In this document: piece by piece, positions 8,921-18,572 of the stretch
How positions within the stretch are numbered: position 1 is the stretch's first letter
Layout: every line of letters starts with the position of its first letter
Sequence record: OR996328
Reading direction: 5' to 3' (one strand)
Source: Escherichia phage Shy
DNA: 42,805 nt
Notes under the pieces: model-generated
Database searches by the model: none
What the model saw: only the letters and a program-made list of their open reading frames with translations
What the model was told of the DNA's origin: nothing
Position numbers and translations under genes: made by a program

Positions 8921-10450
8921 ATGGTCTGCGACGTTAACAAAATCGACAGCAATATTTCGGGCCTTTCGTTCGCCGAAGAAGAATGCTTGAAACAGCTTCC
9001 GGCTTCGCCCGTTTGGTACGGGCTGGAACCGAACAGCTATTCGGACTTCGGCGGCGAAGTTACGACCGTGGCACGCGCCCCGATTGACCCTTCGCGCCAG
9101 CGGAAGAAAGGCACCGTTACCGACTTGGACGCTTCGGGCGGTTTCAATACCGACGTAACGGCCGACAACATTACCCGGCTTATGCAAGGCTTTTGCTTTG
9201 CCGATGCCCGCCAGCAACCGCAAACCGCGCCGTTGAATGCGGCTAAAGTTTCGATGACCGGCGTAGACGGCGACGAAATCAAGTACACCGCCGCTTCTGG
9301 CTTGGGTATCTTCGCGGCCGGTGACTTGGTTGTCGCAAGCGGTTTCGCGGTGCCCACAAACAACGGCATGAAAAAGGTTAGCGACGCAATCGCAACCGCC
9401 GTTACCGTATGGGGCGCGTTGTCCGACGAAGGCGCGGCACCGAACGGCGCACTTACCCGCGTTGGTCACGAATTCGCATCGGGCGACGTTGCGTTGACCT
9501 ATGCGGCCGGTCTGCTGACCCTGACCGCGACGGCCGGGTCGTTCGCCTTTGGCCTGATTCCGGGTCAATGGGTGTTCATCGGCGGCGATGGCGCTGGCAC
9601 TTCGTTTGCCAACAACGTCGGTTACGCCCGCGTTGCGGCCATTTCGACCGACAACAAAACCGTTACGCTCGACAACGCCACTTGGACGCCTGTAACCGAA
9701 GCCGGAACCGGTATCACGCTGCAAGTATACTTCGGCACCGTCATTCGTAACGAAAAGTCGGCCAACCTGATTAAGCGCCGTTCGTACCAACTGGAACGCA
9801 CGCTAGGCCAAGATGCCGACGGTATGCAATCCGAATACCTTGTCGGTGCCGTCGCAAACGAATTCACCTTGAACATTCCGCAGGCCGACAAGCTGAACGC
9901 CGACGTTACCTTTGTAGCGTGCGACAACGAACAGCGTACCGGTGCGGTTGGCCCCAAGGCTGGTACGCGTGTTTCGGCGCTTGGTCAATCGGCGTACAAC
10001 ACTTCTTCGGACGTTTACCGTATCCGTATGTCGGTCAACAATTCGGCGAACCCGAATCCGACCCCGCTGTTCGGTTACATTTCCGAAGGTTCTATCGAAG
10101 TGAACAACAACATTACGCCGAACAAAGCGGTCGGCGTGTTGGGTGCGTTCGACACTTCGGCGGGCGACTTCGAAGTCGGCGGGTCTGTTACCGCTTACTT
10201 TACCACTGTTGCGGCAACCCAAGCGGTACGCAATAACGCCGACGTTGGTATCTACGCGATTCTTGCGGCAAACAATCGCGGCATGATTTACGACATTCCG
10301 TTGCTTTCGCTTGGCGGCGGTCGTATCAACGTCGAAAAAGACAACCCGATTACTGTTCCGTTGGATACCAACGGCGCAGAATCGAAATTCGGCCATACGC
10401 TGTTGGTTGAATTCTTCGAATACTTGCCAAACAAGGCAATGCCGCAGTAA
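8921..10450 (+). CDS. major tail (tube) protein, unusually large
   Basis: 509 aa. It precedes the chaperone/frameshift pair, has SD AAGGA, and is followed by a strong terminator/attenuator at 10458-10486, as for the capsid gene. No sheath gene is present. Confidence 0.55.
   Translation: MVCDVNKIDSNISGLSFAEEECLKQLPASPVWYGLEPNSYSDFGGEVTTVARAPIDPSRQRKKGTVTDLDASGGFNTDVTADNITRLMQGFCFADARQQPQTAPLNAAKVSMTGVDGDEIKYTAASGLGIFAAGDLVVASGFAVPTNNGMKKVSDAIATAVTVWGALSDEGAAPNGALTRVGHEFASGDVALTYAAGLLTLTATAGSFAFGLIPGQWVFIGGDGAGTSFANNVGYARVAAISTDNKTVTLDNATWTPVTEAGTGITLQVYFGTVIRNEKSANLIKRRSYQLERTLGQDADGMQSEYLVGAVANEFTLNIPQADKLNADVTFVACDNEQRTGAVGPKAGTRVSALGQSAYNTSSDVYRIRMSVNNSANPNPTPLFGYISEGSIEVNNNITPNKAVGVLGAFDTSAGDFEVGGSVTAYFTTVAATQAVRNNADVGIYAILAANNRGMIYDIPLLSLGGGRINVEKDNPITVPLDTNGAESKFGHTLLVEFFEYLPNKAMPQ
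9351..9358 (-). repeat. TGTGGGCA motif copy (minus strand)
   Basis: The plus strand reads TGCCCACA, inside the major tail CDS. Confidence 0.9.
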
Positions 10451-10457
10451 ACTAAAT

Positions 10458-10486
10458 GGGCCGGTGCGATATCCGGCCCGTTTTTC
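10458..10486 (+). terminator. rho-independent terminator/attenuator after major tail gene
   Basis: GGGCCGG (10458-10464), 8-nt loop, CCGGCCC (10473-10479), then G plus TTTTT. Confidence 0.7.
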
Positions 10487-10515
10487 TCCAACTTCCGAAA
10501 TAAGGATTTGAAATT

Positions 10516-10956
10516 ATGTCGCTTTCCAAACAGTTCGCTACCGATACCGCCAAAGAAGTCGAAGGCGTAGTTATCCAATTCGGCCAGAACGACGACGGTT
10601 CCGTTCCCGGCTTCCATATTTCCCGTATGTCGAAAGCGAATACGCGTTACACGCGTGCGCTTGAAGCGGCAACCCGTCCGTACCGTCGTCAAATCGAAAT
10701 GGGTACGCTGGCGAACGACGTTGCCGAACGCGTATTCATGGGCGTATTCGTCGATACCGTGTTGAAAGGTTGGGAAAACGTCCAACTTTCCGACGTAACC
10801 GGCAACGAAGAAGATACCGGCTTCGCGCCGTTCAACCGTGCGAATGCGCTGTCGCTGTTCGGCCGTTTGCCGGAACTGTACGACGACTTGCAGAACCAAG
10901 CGAAGTCGGCCGCAATGTTCAAGGAAGAAGCGCAGGAAGCCGAAGCAAAAAACTAA
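10516..10956 (+). CDS. tail assembly chaperone (gpG-like)
   Basis: 146 aa, acidic, with SD AAGGA. It ends with the slippery heptamer A_AAA_AAC directly before its stop codon. Confidence 0.7.
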   Translation: MSLSKQFATDTAKEVEGVVIQFGQNDDGSVPGFHISRMSKANTRYTRALEAATRPYRRQIEMGTLANDVAERVFMGVFVDTVLKGWENVQLSDVTGNEEDTGFAPFNRANALSLFGRLPELYDDLQNQAKSAAMFKEEAQEAEAKN

Positions 10957-11321
10957 CCGAAGTTCTGTTGTATCTGTTGGAGTTAGGGCCGCACGAAAAG
11001 ACCATAGCACAACAGGCGTTCCGGTCGGGTGAACCGATGCCCGACCGGATAGCAAATGCACCAGAACTAGAATTAGGGTTACAACTGTATTTGCAAGCGT
11101 TCTTCGATTTAGATTCCGAACGTTCGCATTCGTTAGGATTAACGCCGATTAGTTGGTCGTCAATCATCGGATACGCAAGGGCTTTCGAATTCGACGAAGA
11201 ACAAACCGAATCACTGTTGTTTCATATTCGACGGATGGATACCGAACACTTAAAACGTTTGGAGTCAAAGCAACCCAAACAGTCGAAACAACCCGTAAAG
11301 GTTCCTAAACATGGCCGGTAA
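10516..11321 (+). CDS. tail assembly chaperone, -1 frameshift-extended form (gpGT-like)
   Basis: The 10770-11321 ORF lies in the -1 frame relative to 10516-10956 and has no convincing start or SD of its own after 10956. The slip at 10947-10953 would give a fusion of ~268 aa. Confidence 0.6.
10947..10953 (+). promoter_or_regulatory. -1 programmed ribosomal frameshift slippery site A_AAA_AAC
   Basis: Zero-frame codons are GCA AAA AAC TAA. The -1 frame reads AAA AAA CTA ACC and stays open to 11321. Confidence 0.65.
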
Positions 11322-11748
11322 TCTTTTAGACTTAGCCAATCGGCTAGAAAAGAAAAAGGCCGAAATTGAGACGGCCGCCAGCGAAGCGGCCGTTTTTGTT
11401 GCTGTTACCGCCGTCGCTGAACTGGCATATACGACGCCCGTTGATACGTCGAAGGCGCTGTCGTCTTGGGAAGTCACCTTAGACGCTCCGTCTTCTAATG
11501 TGGGCAAGGCGCATTATCCCGGCGAAAAAGGTTCGACGCGCAACGCATCGGCCGCCGAAACAATCGCGCAAGCGAAAGCTGTATTAGCGAATAAGAAGCC
11601 CGGACAAAAGATTTATATAACAAACAATCAACCGTATATCAAGCGATTGAACGACGGTTATTCGGCGCAACAATCGGCCGGATTTGTAGAACGCTGTTTA
11701 GCCAAAGTTCGCAAGGCCGTACAGCGGTATAAACTGAAACTTAAATAA
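11311..11748 (+). CDS. HK97 gp10-like tail/neck component
   Basis: 145 aa. TTPVDTSKALSSW and ITNNQPYIKRLNDGYSAQQ resemble the PVDTG.LR and .Y....E.G signatures of the HK97 gp10 family. Confidence 0.55.
   Translation: MAGNLLDLANRLEKKKAEIETAASEAAVFVAVTAVAELAYTTPVDTSKALSSWEVTLDAPSSNVGKAHYPGEKGSTRNASAAETIAQAKAVLANKKPGQKIYITNNQPYIKRLNDGYSAQQSAGFVERCLAKVRKAVQRYKLKLK
11499..11506 (+). repeat. TGTGGGCA motif copy
   Basis: ctaaTGTGGGCAag, inside the gp10-like CDS (N-V-G-K). Confidence 0.9.
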
Positions 11749-11759
11749 AAGGCGGAATC

Positions 11760-14700
11760 ATGGCCGACGAACAAATCGTTATTGAAATTACGGACGGCGT
11801 AGCGGCGTCTATCCCGGCGAAGATTGACCGAATCGCCGCGTCGGCCCGCAACGCGCATACCGCAGTCGAAACGCTGAAACAACAACTTGCCATGCTGGAC
11901 GGTAAGGGGTTGCAATCGCTTTCGGCCGCAATGAACCAAGCGGCGTCGGCTTCGACCAAACTTGCACAAGCGCAACAGGCAGCCAATACCACGGCCGCGC
12001 AAGCCGCTATCTTGCAAAACCGCGTCGAACAGTCGGCCGCAAACGCCGCGAACGCGCAAGCCCGTTTGGCTACCGCTTCGACCAATACGGCGACGGCGCA
12101 ACAACGCTTGGCTACCGCAACCGCTAACACCGCTACCGCCGAAGCGAAGTTAGCGACCGAAACGGCTAAGACTTCGACCGCACAATCGAACAGTGCCGCC
12201 GCCGCGTCGCGTGCGGAACTGGCTTCTATTCGTCTGCAACAGGCGCAAAAGAAGTTGGAAGAACAGAACCAGAAAACGACTAATTCGTTTATGGACTTCG
12301 CAAAGCGTGCGCTTTCGATTGCCGCGATTACCGCCGCAACCGGTGCCCTGTTGAAGTACGCCGACAGTTATACCGCTTTGCAAAACAAATTGCAAAACGT
12401 TTCGTCGTCGCAAGCGCAAGTTAACGAACTTACCGACCGCCTGTACGAACTTGCGAACAAGACGCGTGCCGGGGTTGACGAAACCGCGACCGCATTTACG
12501 CGCTTTGACCGGTCGTTGAAGTTAATGGGTAAATCGCAAGAAGATACTTTGCGAATGACCGAAACCATTAACAAAGCGTTGGTCGTATCCGGTGCCACTT
12601 CGTCGGAAGCATCGTCGGCCCTGTTGCAGCTTTCGCAGGCGTTCAACTCCGGTAAGTTGCAAGGCGACGAATTCCGTTCCGTATCGGAAAACATGCCCGT
12701 CGTATTGGACGCCGTAGCCAAGGCGCTTAACAAACCGGTTGACCAAGTTAAAAAACTCGGTACGGAAGGCAAGATTACGTCGGAAGTTCTGTTTAAAGCG
12801 TTCCAGCTTATTCAACAGCAAATCGACGATACCTTCGCGAAAACGACGCCCACAATCGGGCAAGCGATGACCGTACTTAACAACCAAGTCGGCCAATTCG
12901 TCGGTAAGCTGGATAAAGCGACCGGCGTATCGTCGGCACTGGCGAAGGCGATTCTTTGGCTTGGTAACAATCTCGACCTGTTGACCGTGGCGCTTGTGGC
13001 CGTAGGCGCGGCCCTGCTGGTCGCGTTCGGGCCAGCCCTGCTATCCGCCCTTGGCGCAGCGACGACCGCCGTAATTGGCTTCACGGCGGCCCTAGCGGCC
13101 AACCCGATTGGCCTTATCGCGATTGCCATTACAACCGCTATCGCAGCCCTTACCGTATTCGGCGACAAGATTTCGGTTACTTCCGACGGTCTGGTTAACC
13201 TGCAAGACGTTGCGAAGTCGGTTCTTTCGATTGTCGGCGACGGGTTTAGCGCCGTTGGTGCCGAAATCCAATCGCTTTGGGGTAAGGCGATTGATTGGAT
13301 TAACGAAAAAACTAACGGTTGGGGTGAAAACTTCCGTTCGCTTGGCGATACTATTCTGTCGCTAGTTAAGGCGACCGTTAACGGTTATATCGGCGCTTGG
13401 GTTTCCGCATACAACGTCGTTAAAACCGTTTGGGATAACTTCCCGGCCCTTATGAAAGGGCTGTTTGCGCTTGTCGTGAACGCTGGCGCAACGGCTGTTG
13501 AAACGCTGGTGAATAGCTGGCAAATTGGTATTCGCGGCATTGCGTCGCTTGCCGAAGGTGTTGCCCCGGAACTGGTCGCCAAGTTGAACGGCGCACTTGA
13601 CAAAGCGAAAATCGAATTGCCGCGTATGCAAATCGAACAGGAAGCGAAAGACGCCGGTTCGGCTGTCGCACAAGCCGCCGTGTCGGGCTTCCAAACCGAT
13701 TACGTTGGCGGTATGACCGACGCCATTATGCAAGGTGCCCGCAAGATTTCGGAAGCCCGCCGCGCAGCGGAAGCCGAAGCGGCTAAGTCGAACCTTCGCG
13801 GTGCCGGTACGAACCAGCTTTCGGGCGACGACGGCAAAACGAAGAAAGCCAAGTTGACGCAAGAACAGAAAGATTACAACAAGGCGCTTAAAGAAGTTAC
13901 CGCACCTTTGCGCGAATATAACGCCGCAATGGCTGTCGCCAAGGCGCTTTATGACACTGGCGCAATTAGCCTTGAAAAATATAACGCATTGGTCGCCAAG
14001 GCGAAAGACGCATACGCCAGCGCAACCGACCCGCTGTATTCGTTCAACAAGGCGGCACAAGAACAATTCGACGTACTGTCGAAAGTCGGCCCGGCGATGG
14101 AAGCGGAACGAAACGTTATTCAGGCGCGAAACGCCGCATTGCAAGCGGGCTTGCCGTTTAGCGAAGCTATGGCCGAAAGCATCCGTAAGACGACCGTTGC
14201 ACTTGACGAAGCGCAAAAGAAATCGGACGTTCTTAACAAGATTTACAGCGAAACCAAGGGCGCACAAGCTGACTTGACGGCGCAACAACAGGCGTATAAT
14301 CAGGCGTTGGCGAACGGCGCAATTTCGGCGGAACAGTACGGCATTAAAATGCAACAACTGAACGTCGATGCCGCAAATCTTAAAATGCAAATGGGTACGG
14401 CCGGATTTAACGACGCAATTGTCGCCGGTATGGGCCAACTTGTTTCGAACTATCAAGGCGTGTTGCAAGGTCTGTCGGGCGCTTGGGGCAACTTCTTTAC
14501 CGGGTTCGTTGACGGATTCGCCAACAGCATCGGCCGCGCTATCGTGTACGGCGAAAACCTGCAAGATACGTTGTCGCAAGTTTCGAAGCAAATTCTTTCG
14601 GAACTTATCGGCGCACTTATCAAGGTCGGTATTCAATACGTCGTCAACCAAGCGTTAGCGCAAACCGCTATCACTGCGACGACCGCACAATCGACCGCAG

Positions 14701-15209
14701 CGGCGGCCACGACTACGGCGGCTTGGGCACCAGCGGCGGCCGTGACTTCGGCGGCATCGTTCGGCGGTGCGGCCGTGGCCGGTATCGCGGCGCTTGCCGT
14801 GTTGTTCGGTATGGTAATGGGCTTCGCGGCCAAGGGCTTTAAAACTGGTGGCTATACCGGCGACGTTGGTACGTCCGAAGTTGCGGGCGTGGTTCACGGT
14901 CAAGAATTCGTCGTTAATGCGGCGGCTACGCGCAAACACCGCGCAACGCTTGAAGCGATGAACAACGGCGGTTCGGTTGCCGCAGTGAACCAAAATAGCG
15001 ATAATGCCGGTAATGGTGGCGGCGGTGTTGTTATGGTCGCATTCGATATCGACAACAATATTACCGTACAGGGCGGTTCCGGCGACAGTTCCGCCGATTC
15101 GCTGGAAAAAGCGGCGACCGCAATTTCGCAGAAGACGCAAGCCGACATTATGGATAGTATCCGCATGGGCGGTACTTGGTCGAAAGTCATTAAACAGGCG
15201 GCAAACTAA
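11760..15209 (+). CDS. tape measure protein
   Basis: 1149 aa. The N-terminus has A/Q/T-rich coiled-coil repeats, the middle has hydrophobic segments, and the C-terminus is Gly-rich. It follows the chaperone pair. Confidence 0.9.
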   Translation: MADEQIVIEITDGVAASIPAKIDRIAASARNAHTAVETLKQQLAMLDGKGLQSLSAAMNQAASASTKLAQAQQAANTTAAQAAILQNRVEQSAANAANAQARLATASTNTATAQQRLATATANTATAEAKLATETAKTSTAQSNSAAAASRAELASIRLQQAQKKLEEQNQKTTNSFMDFAKRALSIAAITAATGALLKYADSYTALQNKLQNVSSSQAQVNELTDRLYELANKTRAGVDETATAFTRFDRSLKLMGKSQEDTLRMTETINKALVVSGATSSEASSALLQLSQAFNSGKLQGDEFRSVSENMPVVLDAVAKALNKPVDQVKKLGTEGKITSEVLFKAFQLIQQQIDDTFAKTTPTIGQAMTVLNNQVGQFVGKLDKATGVSSALAKAILWLGNNLDLLTVALVAVGAALLVAFGPALLSALGAATTAVIGFTAALAANPIGLIAIAITTAIAALTVFGDKISVTSDGLVNLQDVAKSVLSIVGDGFSAVGAEIQSLWGKAIDWINEKTNGWGENFRSLGDTILSLVKATVNGYIGAWVSAYNVVKTVWDNFPALMKGLFALVVNAGATAVETLVNSWQIGIRGIASLAEGVAPELVAKLNGALDKAKIELPRMQIEQEAKDAGSAVAQAAVSGFQTDYVGGMTDAIMQGARKISEARRAAEAEAAKSNLRGAGTNQLSGDDGKTKKAKLTQEQKDYNKALKEVTAPLREYNAAMAVAKALYDTGAISLEKYNALVAKAKDAYASATDPLYSFNKAAQEQFDVLSKVGPAMEAERNVIQARNAALQAGLPFSEAMAESIRKTTVALDEAQKKSDVLNKIYSETKGAQADLTAQQQAYNQALANGAISAEQYGIKMQQLNVDAANLKMQMGTAGFNDAIVAGMGQLVSNYQGVLQGLSGAWGNFFTGFVDGFANSIGRAIVYGENLQDTLSQVSKQILSELIGALIKVGIQYVVNQALAQTAITATTAQSTAAAATTTAAWAPAAAVTSAASFGGAAVAGIAALAVLFGMVMGFAAKGFKTGGYTGDVGTSEVAGVVHGQEFVVNAAATRKHRATLEAMNNGGSVAAVNQNSDNAGNGGGGVVMVAFDIDNNITVQGGSGDSSADSLEKAATAISQKTQADIMDSIRMGGTWSKVIKQAAN

Positions 15210-15824
15210 ATGATTGATTTACGGACTACGCTATTCGCGCCGGATACGGCAAAAGCCGACATTCTTAATAATGTGGGCATCGCGGCGTCGCCTTTCACTG
15301 GCGGTATTCAGGTTGTCGAACTTCCGGGCGCACGCTGGAAACTTACGTTCGGATACGACAGCCTATCCGCCAAGTATGGCCGACAACTGAAAGCAATTAA
15401 AGCGATGTTGCGCGGCGGGGCGGAAGTTGCCCACATTTACGACCTGTCGTATATCCCGCGTCGCAGTACCGAACCGGGCACGCCGACGGTTAACGGCGCA
15501 AACCAAGCGGGGGCCGTTCTGGCTTCCGCTGGTTGGACGCCAAGCATTTCGATTCTTGAAGTCGGCGACCAAATTTCTTACTTGTGTTCCGACGGCATGT
15601 ATCGAATGCATATTGTTACGGCGGCTGTTTCGTCGGATGCCAGCGGGAACGCGAACATTCCGATTCTTCCGCCATTGCGCAACCCGCCAGTAAACGGAAC
15701 CGCTATTTCGTCGATTGCGCCGGTTGTATCGTGTCAACTTACCGGGGGCGGCGAAGTGAGTATCGACGGAATGTTGCATTCCGCTTCGCTTGAATTCACC
15801 GAAGCATTGTACGGACAAAGCTAA
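15210..15824 (+). CDS. distal tail protein (gpM / GTA g12-like position)
   Basis: 204 aa, starting directly after the tape measure stop codon. Positional call. Confidence 0.5.
   Translation: MIDLRTTLFAPDTAKADILNNVGIAASPFTGGIQVVELPGARWKLTFGYDSLSAKYGRQLKAIKAMLRGGAEVAHIYDLSYIPRRSTEPGTPTVNGANQAGAVLASAGWTPSISILEVGDQISYLCSDGMYRMHIVTAAVSSDASGNANIPILPPLRNPPVNGTAISSIAPVVSCQLTGGGEVSIDGMLHSASLEFTEALYGQS
15272..15279 (+). repeat. TGTGGGCA motif copy
   Basis: ataaTGTGGGCAtc, inside the 15210 CDS (N-V-G-I). Confidence 0.9.
15428..15435 (-). repeat. TGTGGGCA motif copy (minus strand)
   Basis: Minus-strand context taaaTGTGGGCAac. It lies 156 nt from the plus-strand copy at 15272, in convergent orientation. 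Confidence 0.9.
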
Positions 15825-18572
15825 ATGGCATTCGATAGCGCATACTGCGAAACCCTACCGGCCGCCAATTCGACGCTTACGCGTTTCGATGGCCGGTATT
15901 TTCACCTTGACTTTCCGTTGTCGGCGATTGCAACCATTATCGCCGATACGCCCGACAAGCTGACCGTAAATTGTGAGTTTCGTTCTAACCGCGATTTGGT
16001 CGGCTTGCTTTGGACTTCGCACGACGATATGGGGCACCCCCTGTTGCAGTACGTCGAAGACCGCGATTATTCCGGCGTTAAAGTTGGGTTCGTTGCGAAC
16101 CCGCTTTATCCGTACAAATTTACGGTAACTGTTCTGTCGAACTCCGGTAATCAGGTTTACCGCATGTTTCCGTACAAGATACAAGGCGCGTCGCTGGTTC
16201 CGAATCCCGGTGCGATTGAAATTACCGGGCCGGGGCCGGGCCTGATTTACGCGATTTCGGATATCTTCCCCGAAGGTACGCCGACTGTTCCCGACGGTTA
16301 CGAAATCTATATTCTTGATTTCGACAACATGAAAACCGGGTTCAACTTCGACGGCGACGTTATCGACCCGCGTTATATAATTAACTTCTTCTTCGCCATT
16401 ACTCCGGGGTCGTATGGCCTTGGGCCGAATGCGCGTATCCGAAGCATTGGTGAAATTGGTTACTACGGTTCCCGATACGTCGGCGTAAAGGGTACGGGTA
16501 CGCTTGATTATTGGGAAGTAATGAACGTTAACCCGAACTTGCGGTTAAAGAAGGGTGACATTCTGCAATTTACGATTGTCCAACCGGACAAGTACGTTAA
16601 AACGGTCAATACCGGTAAGAAGAACGGCGGTAAAGGCGGCGGCGACCCTATCGCTATCTATACTCAAAACCTGCAAACGTTCTTGATTCAGGTTAATAAC
16701 TGGTACATGCGGGGAACTTCGCTATATGTGAAAGCCGAAAACGGGCCGCTTAAAGACGTTGCGATTATCGGCGGCCCGGCGAACGCCGTTACGCTTCAAC
16801 TCGACACGGCTATCGGCAACGAATCGCTTAACTTCGAAATGATGAACATTTCGGTAACTGGTGCGCGACGCATTATCGGTCGTCGTTTCTACCCGCAAGC
16901 CGTGCATAATATGCAAATGACTTCGGGTTTCGACGATACATACAATATTACGCCGTGGCGACAAGTCGATAACACGTACAACCTTGGATACCGGGGGCAT
17001 TTCAACCTGTATATGGGTATGTCGCACTATTTCAAGGCGTATTCGACCGGGGGAAGTACGACATTCGTTAATCAAGTGGTAAAGGATGCGGCCGAACCGC
17101 TGAACTATCCTACGGAAGTTTGGTGCCGTAACTTCTTCACCCAAATGCAAGCCTACGGCTATACGTTTATTTGGTCTACGTCTTACGAAATCCTTAACAC
17201 GTATTGCCCGGACGAATGGAAGCAACGCGACGCTTACGGAAGCCCGGCGCTTTCGGGCTGGTCGCCGCCTTCGTCGTTCTTGATTCCGACGTTTATTCCG
17301 GCGATGGATTACCTAGCCCGGACGATTAAACACGGTATGAAACTTCTTCAAGAATCCGGCATCGGTACGCTAATGTTCCAGATTGGCGAACCGTGGTGGT
17401 GGGACGGTTCTTATACGAACGGTGCGCCGTGTATTTACGACGAATATACGAAGGGGCTTTATACGACCGAAACCGGGCACGCTGTACCGACGCCGTATTA
17501 CACCAACTATAAACAGCCGATTACAGACGACCAACGCCCGTACTTGGAATGGTTGGGCGTGAAGTTGGGCCAATCGACCAACTATATTCGGGATGCGGTA
17601 AAGGCCGCTTATCCTGATTCGTTGGGTACGCTGCTGTTCTTTACGCCGCAGATTATGAACCCGGCTTCGGAAATGTTGCCGATTATCAATTTCCCCGAAT
17701 CGGAATGGATTTATCCGAATTACGATTTCGTACAGATTGAAGATTACGATTGGATTATTAACGGCGACCTTGACTTGTTGCCGTTGACCCTTGAAGCGGC
17801 GACGGTGCGTTTGCAATATCCGTTGGCCGTCGTGCATTACTTCGTCGGCTTCGTGAACACGGCCCGCGAAACTTGGGTTTGGCCGAACGTGAATATCGCG
17901 ACGCGTGAAGCCATTTTGAACGAAATCCCTAATATCTATGTGTGGGCATACCCGCAAGTTATCCGCGACGGTATCACATACGACGACACGTTGTACGGAA
18001 CCGACCCGGCAATTCAACCATACGTGCCGCCCCGCCGACAACTTGGCGTGGAAATTGAAGACCGTATTATTCGGCCGGTGTTCTTTGTTCAAGTTGGCGA
18101 CGATTCATTTATGAACAGTTCCGACAAGAATATCGACTATGACGGTAAAACGTGGTTCGCGACCGGCCAGTTCGGCAAGATTGAAGCGGTAACGGAAGGC
18201 TTGGCCGCTTCCGACGCTGGTTGGTCAATGGGCCTTGCGGGCATTCCGCTTAATATGGTCGATTACGTTACCGAACATATCCGGGCGAAGGGCGTTAAAA
18301 TGTTCTTGGGTTTGGTTGACCCTTCGAATATCCTAATCAGCAATCCGCGACTTATCGGGTCGGGCGCTATTCTCGACAATAACGTTCAATTTACCGGTAA
18401 CACCGCGACGATTAAGTTAAACGTTCGGTCTTCGCTTTCGGATTGGCACAAGGCTTCAACCGCCCGCTATACCGACGAATACCAACAACTATTGCACCCC
18501 GGCGACCGTGGCTTTAAGTTCATCGCCGATTTGCAATCGACCAAACTAAAATGGGGCGACCAAAATGCGTAA
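15825..18572 (+). CDS. large tail-tip protein: N-terminal ~740-aa domain fused to a hub-like C-terminal domain
   Basis: 915 aa. The C-terminal ~170 aa (from about 18050) are paralogous to the next ORF. The N-terminal region contains MFQIGEPWWWDG, which I recall from the GTA TIM-barrel-like domain; this is unverified. Confidence 0.6.
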   Translation: MAFDSAYCETLPAANSTLTRFDGRYFHLDFPLSAIATIIADTPDKLTVNCEFRSNRDLVGLLWTSHDDMGHPLLQYVEDRDYSGVKVGFVANPLYPYKFTVTVLSNSGNQVYRMFPYKIQGASLVPNPGAIEITGPGPGLIYAISDIFPEGTPTVPDGYEIYILDFDNMKTGFNFDGDVIDPRYIINFFFAITPGSYGLGPNARIRSIGEIGYYGSRYVGVKGTGTLDYWEVMNVNPNLRLKKGDILQFTIVQPDKYVKTVNTGKKNGGKGGGDPIAIYTQNLQTFLIQVNNWYMRGTSLYVKAENGPLKDVAIIGGPANAVTLQLDTAIGNESLNFEMMNISVTGARRIIGRRFYPQAVHNMQMTSGFDDTYNITPWRQVDNTYNLGYRGHFNLYMGMSHYFKAYSTGGSTTFVNQVVKDAAEPLNYPTEVWCRNFFTQMQAYGYTFIWSTSYEILNTYCPDEWKQRDAYGSPALSGWSPPSSFLIPTFIPAMDYLARTIKHGMKLLQESGIGTLMFQIGEPWWWDGSYTNGAPCIYDEYTKGLYTTETGHAVPTPYYTNYKQPITDDQRPYLEWLGVKLGQSTNYIRDAVKAAYPDSLGTLLFFTPQIMNPASEMLPIINFPESEWIYPNYDFVQIEDYDWIINGDLDLLPLTLEAATVRLQYPLAVVHYFVGFVNTARETWVWPNVNIATREAILNEIPNIYVWAYPQVIRDGITYDDTLYGTDPAIQPYVPPRRQLGVEIEDRIIRPVFFVQVGDDSFMNSSDKNIDYDGKTWFATGQFGKIEAVTEGLAASDAGWSMGLAGIPLNMVDYVTEHIRAKGVKMFLGLVDPSNILISNPRLIGSGAILDNNVQFTGNTATIKLNVRSSLSDWHKASTARYTDEYQQLLHPGDRGFKFIADLQSTKLKWGDQNA
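17941..17948 (+). repeat. TGTGGGCA motif copy
   Basis: tatgTGTGGGCAta, inside the 915-aa CDS in a different frame (V-W-A). Confidence 0.9.

Noticed and set aside
11021-11048. Strong 9-bp hairpin CCGGTCGGG/CCCGACCGG considered as the stimulator of the -1 frameshift.
   Set aside because: It begins about 65 nt after the slippery heptamer, far beyond the usual 5-9 nt spacer. I record it as an unexplained structure inside the GT extension only.
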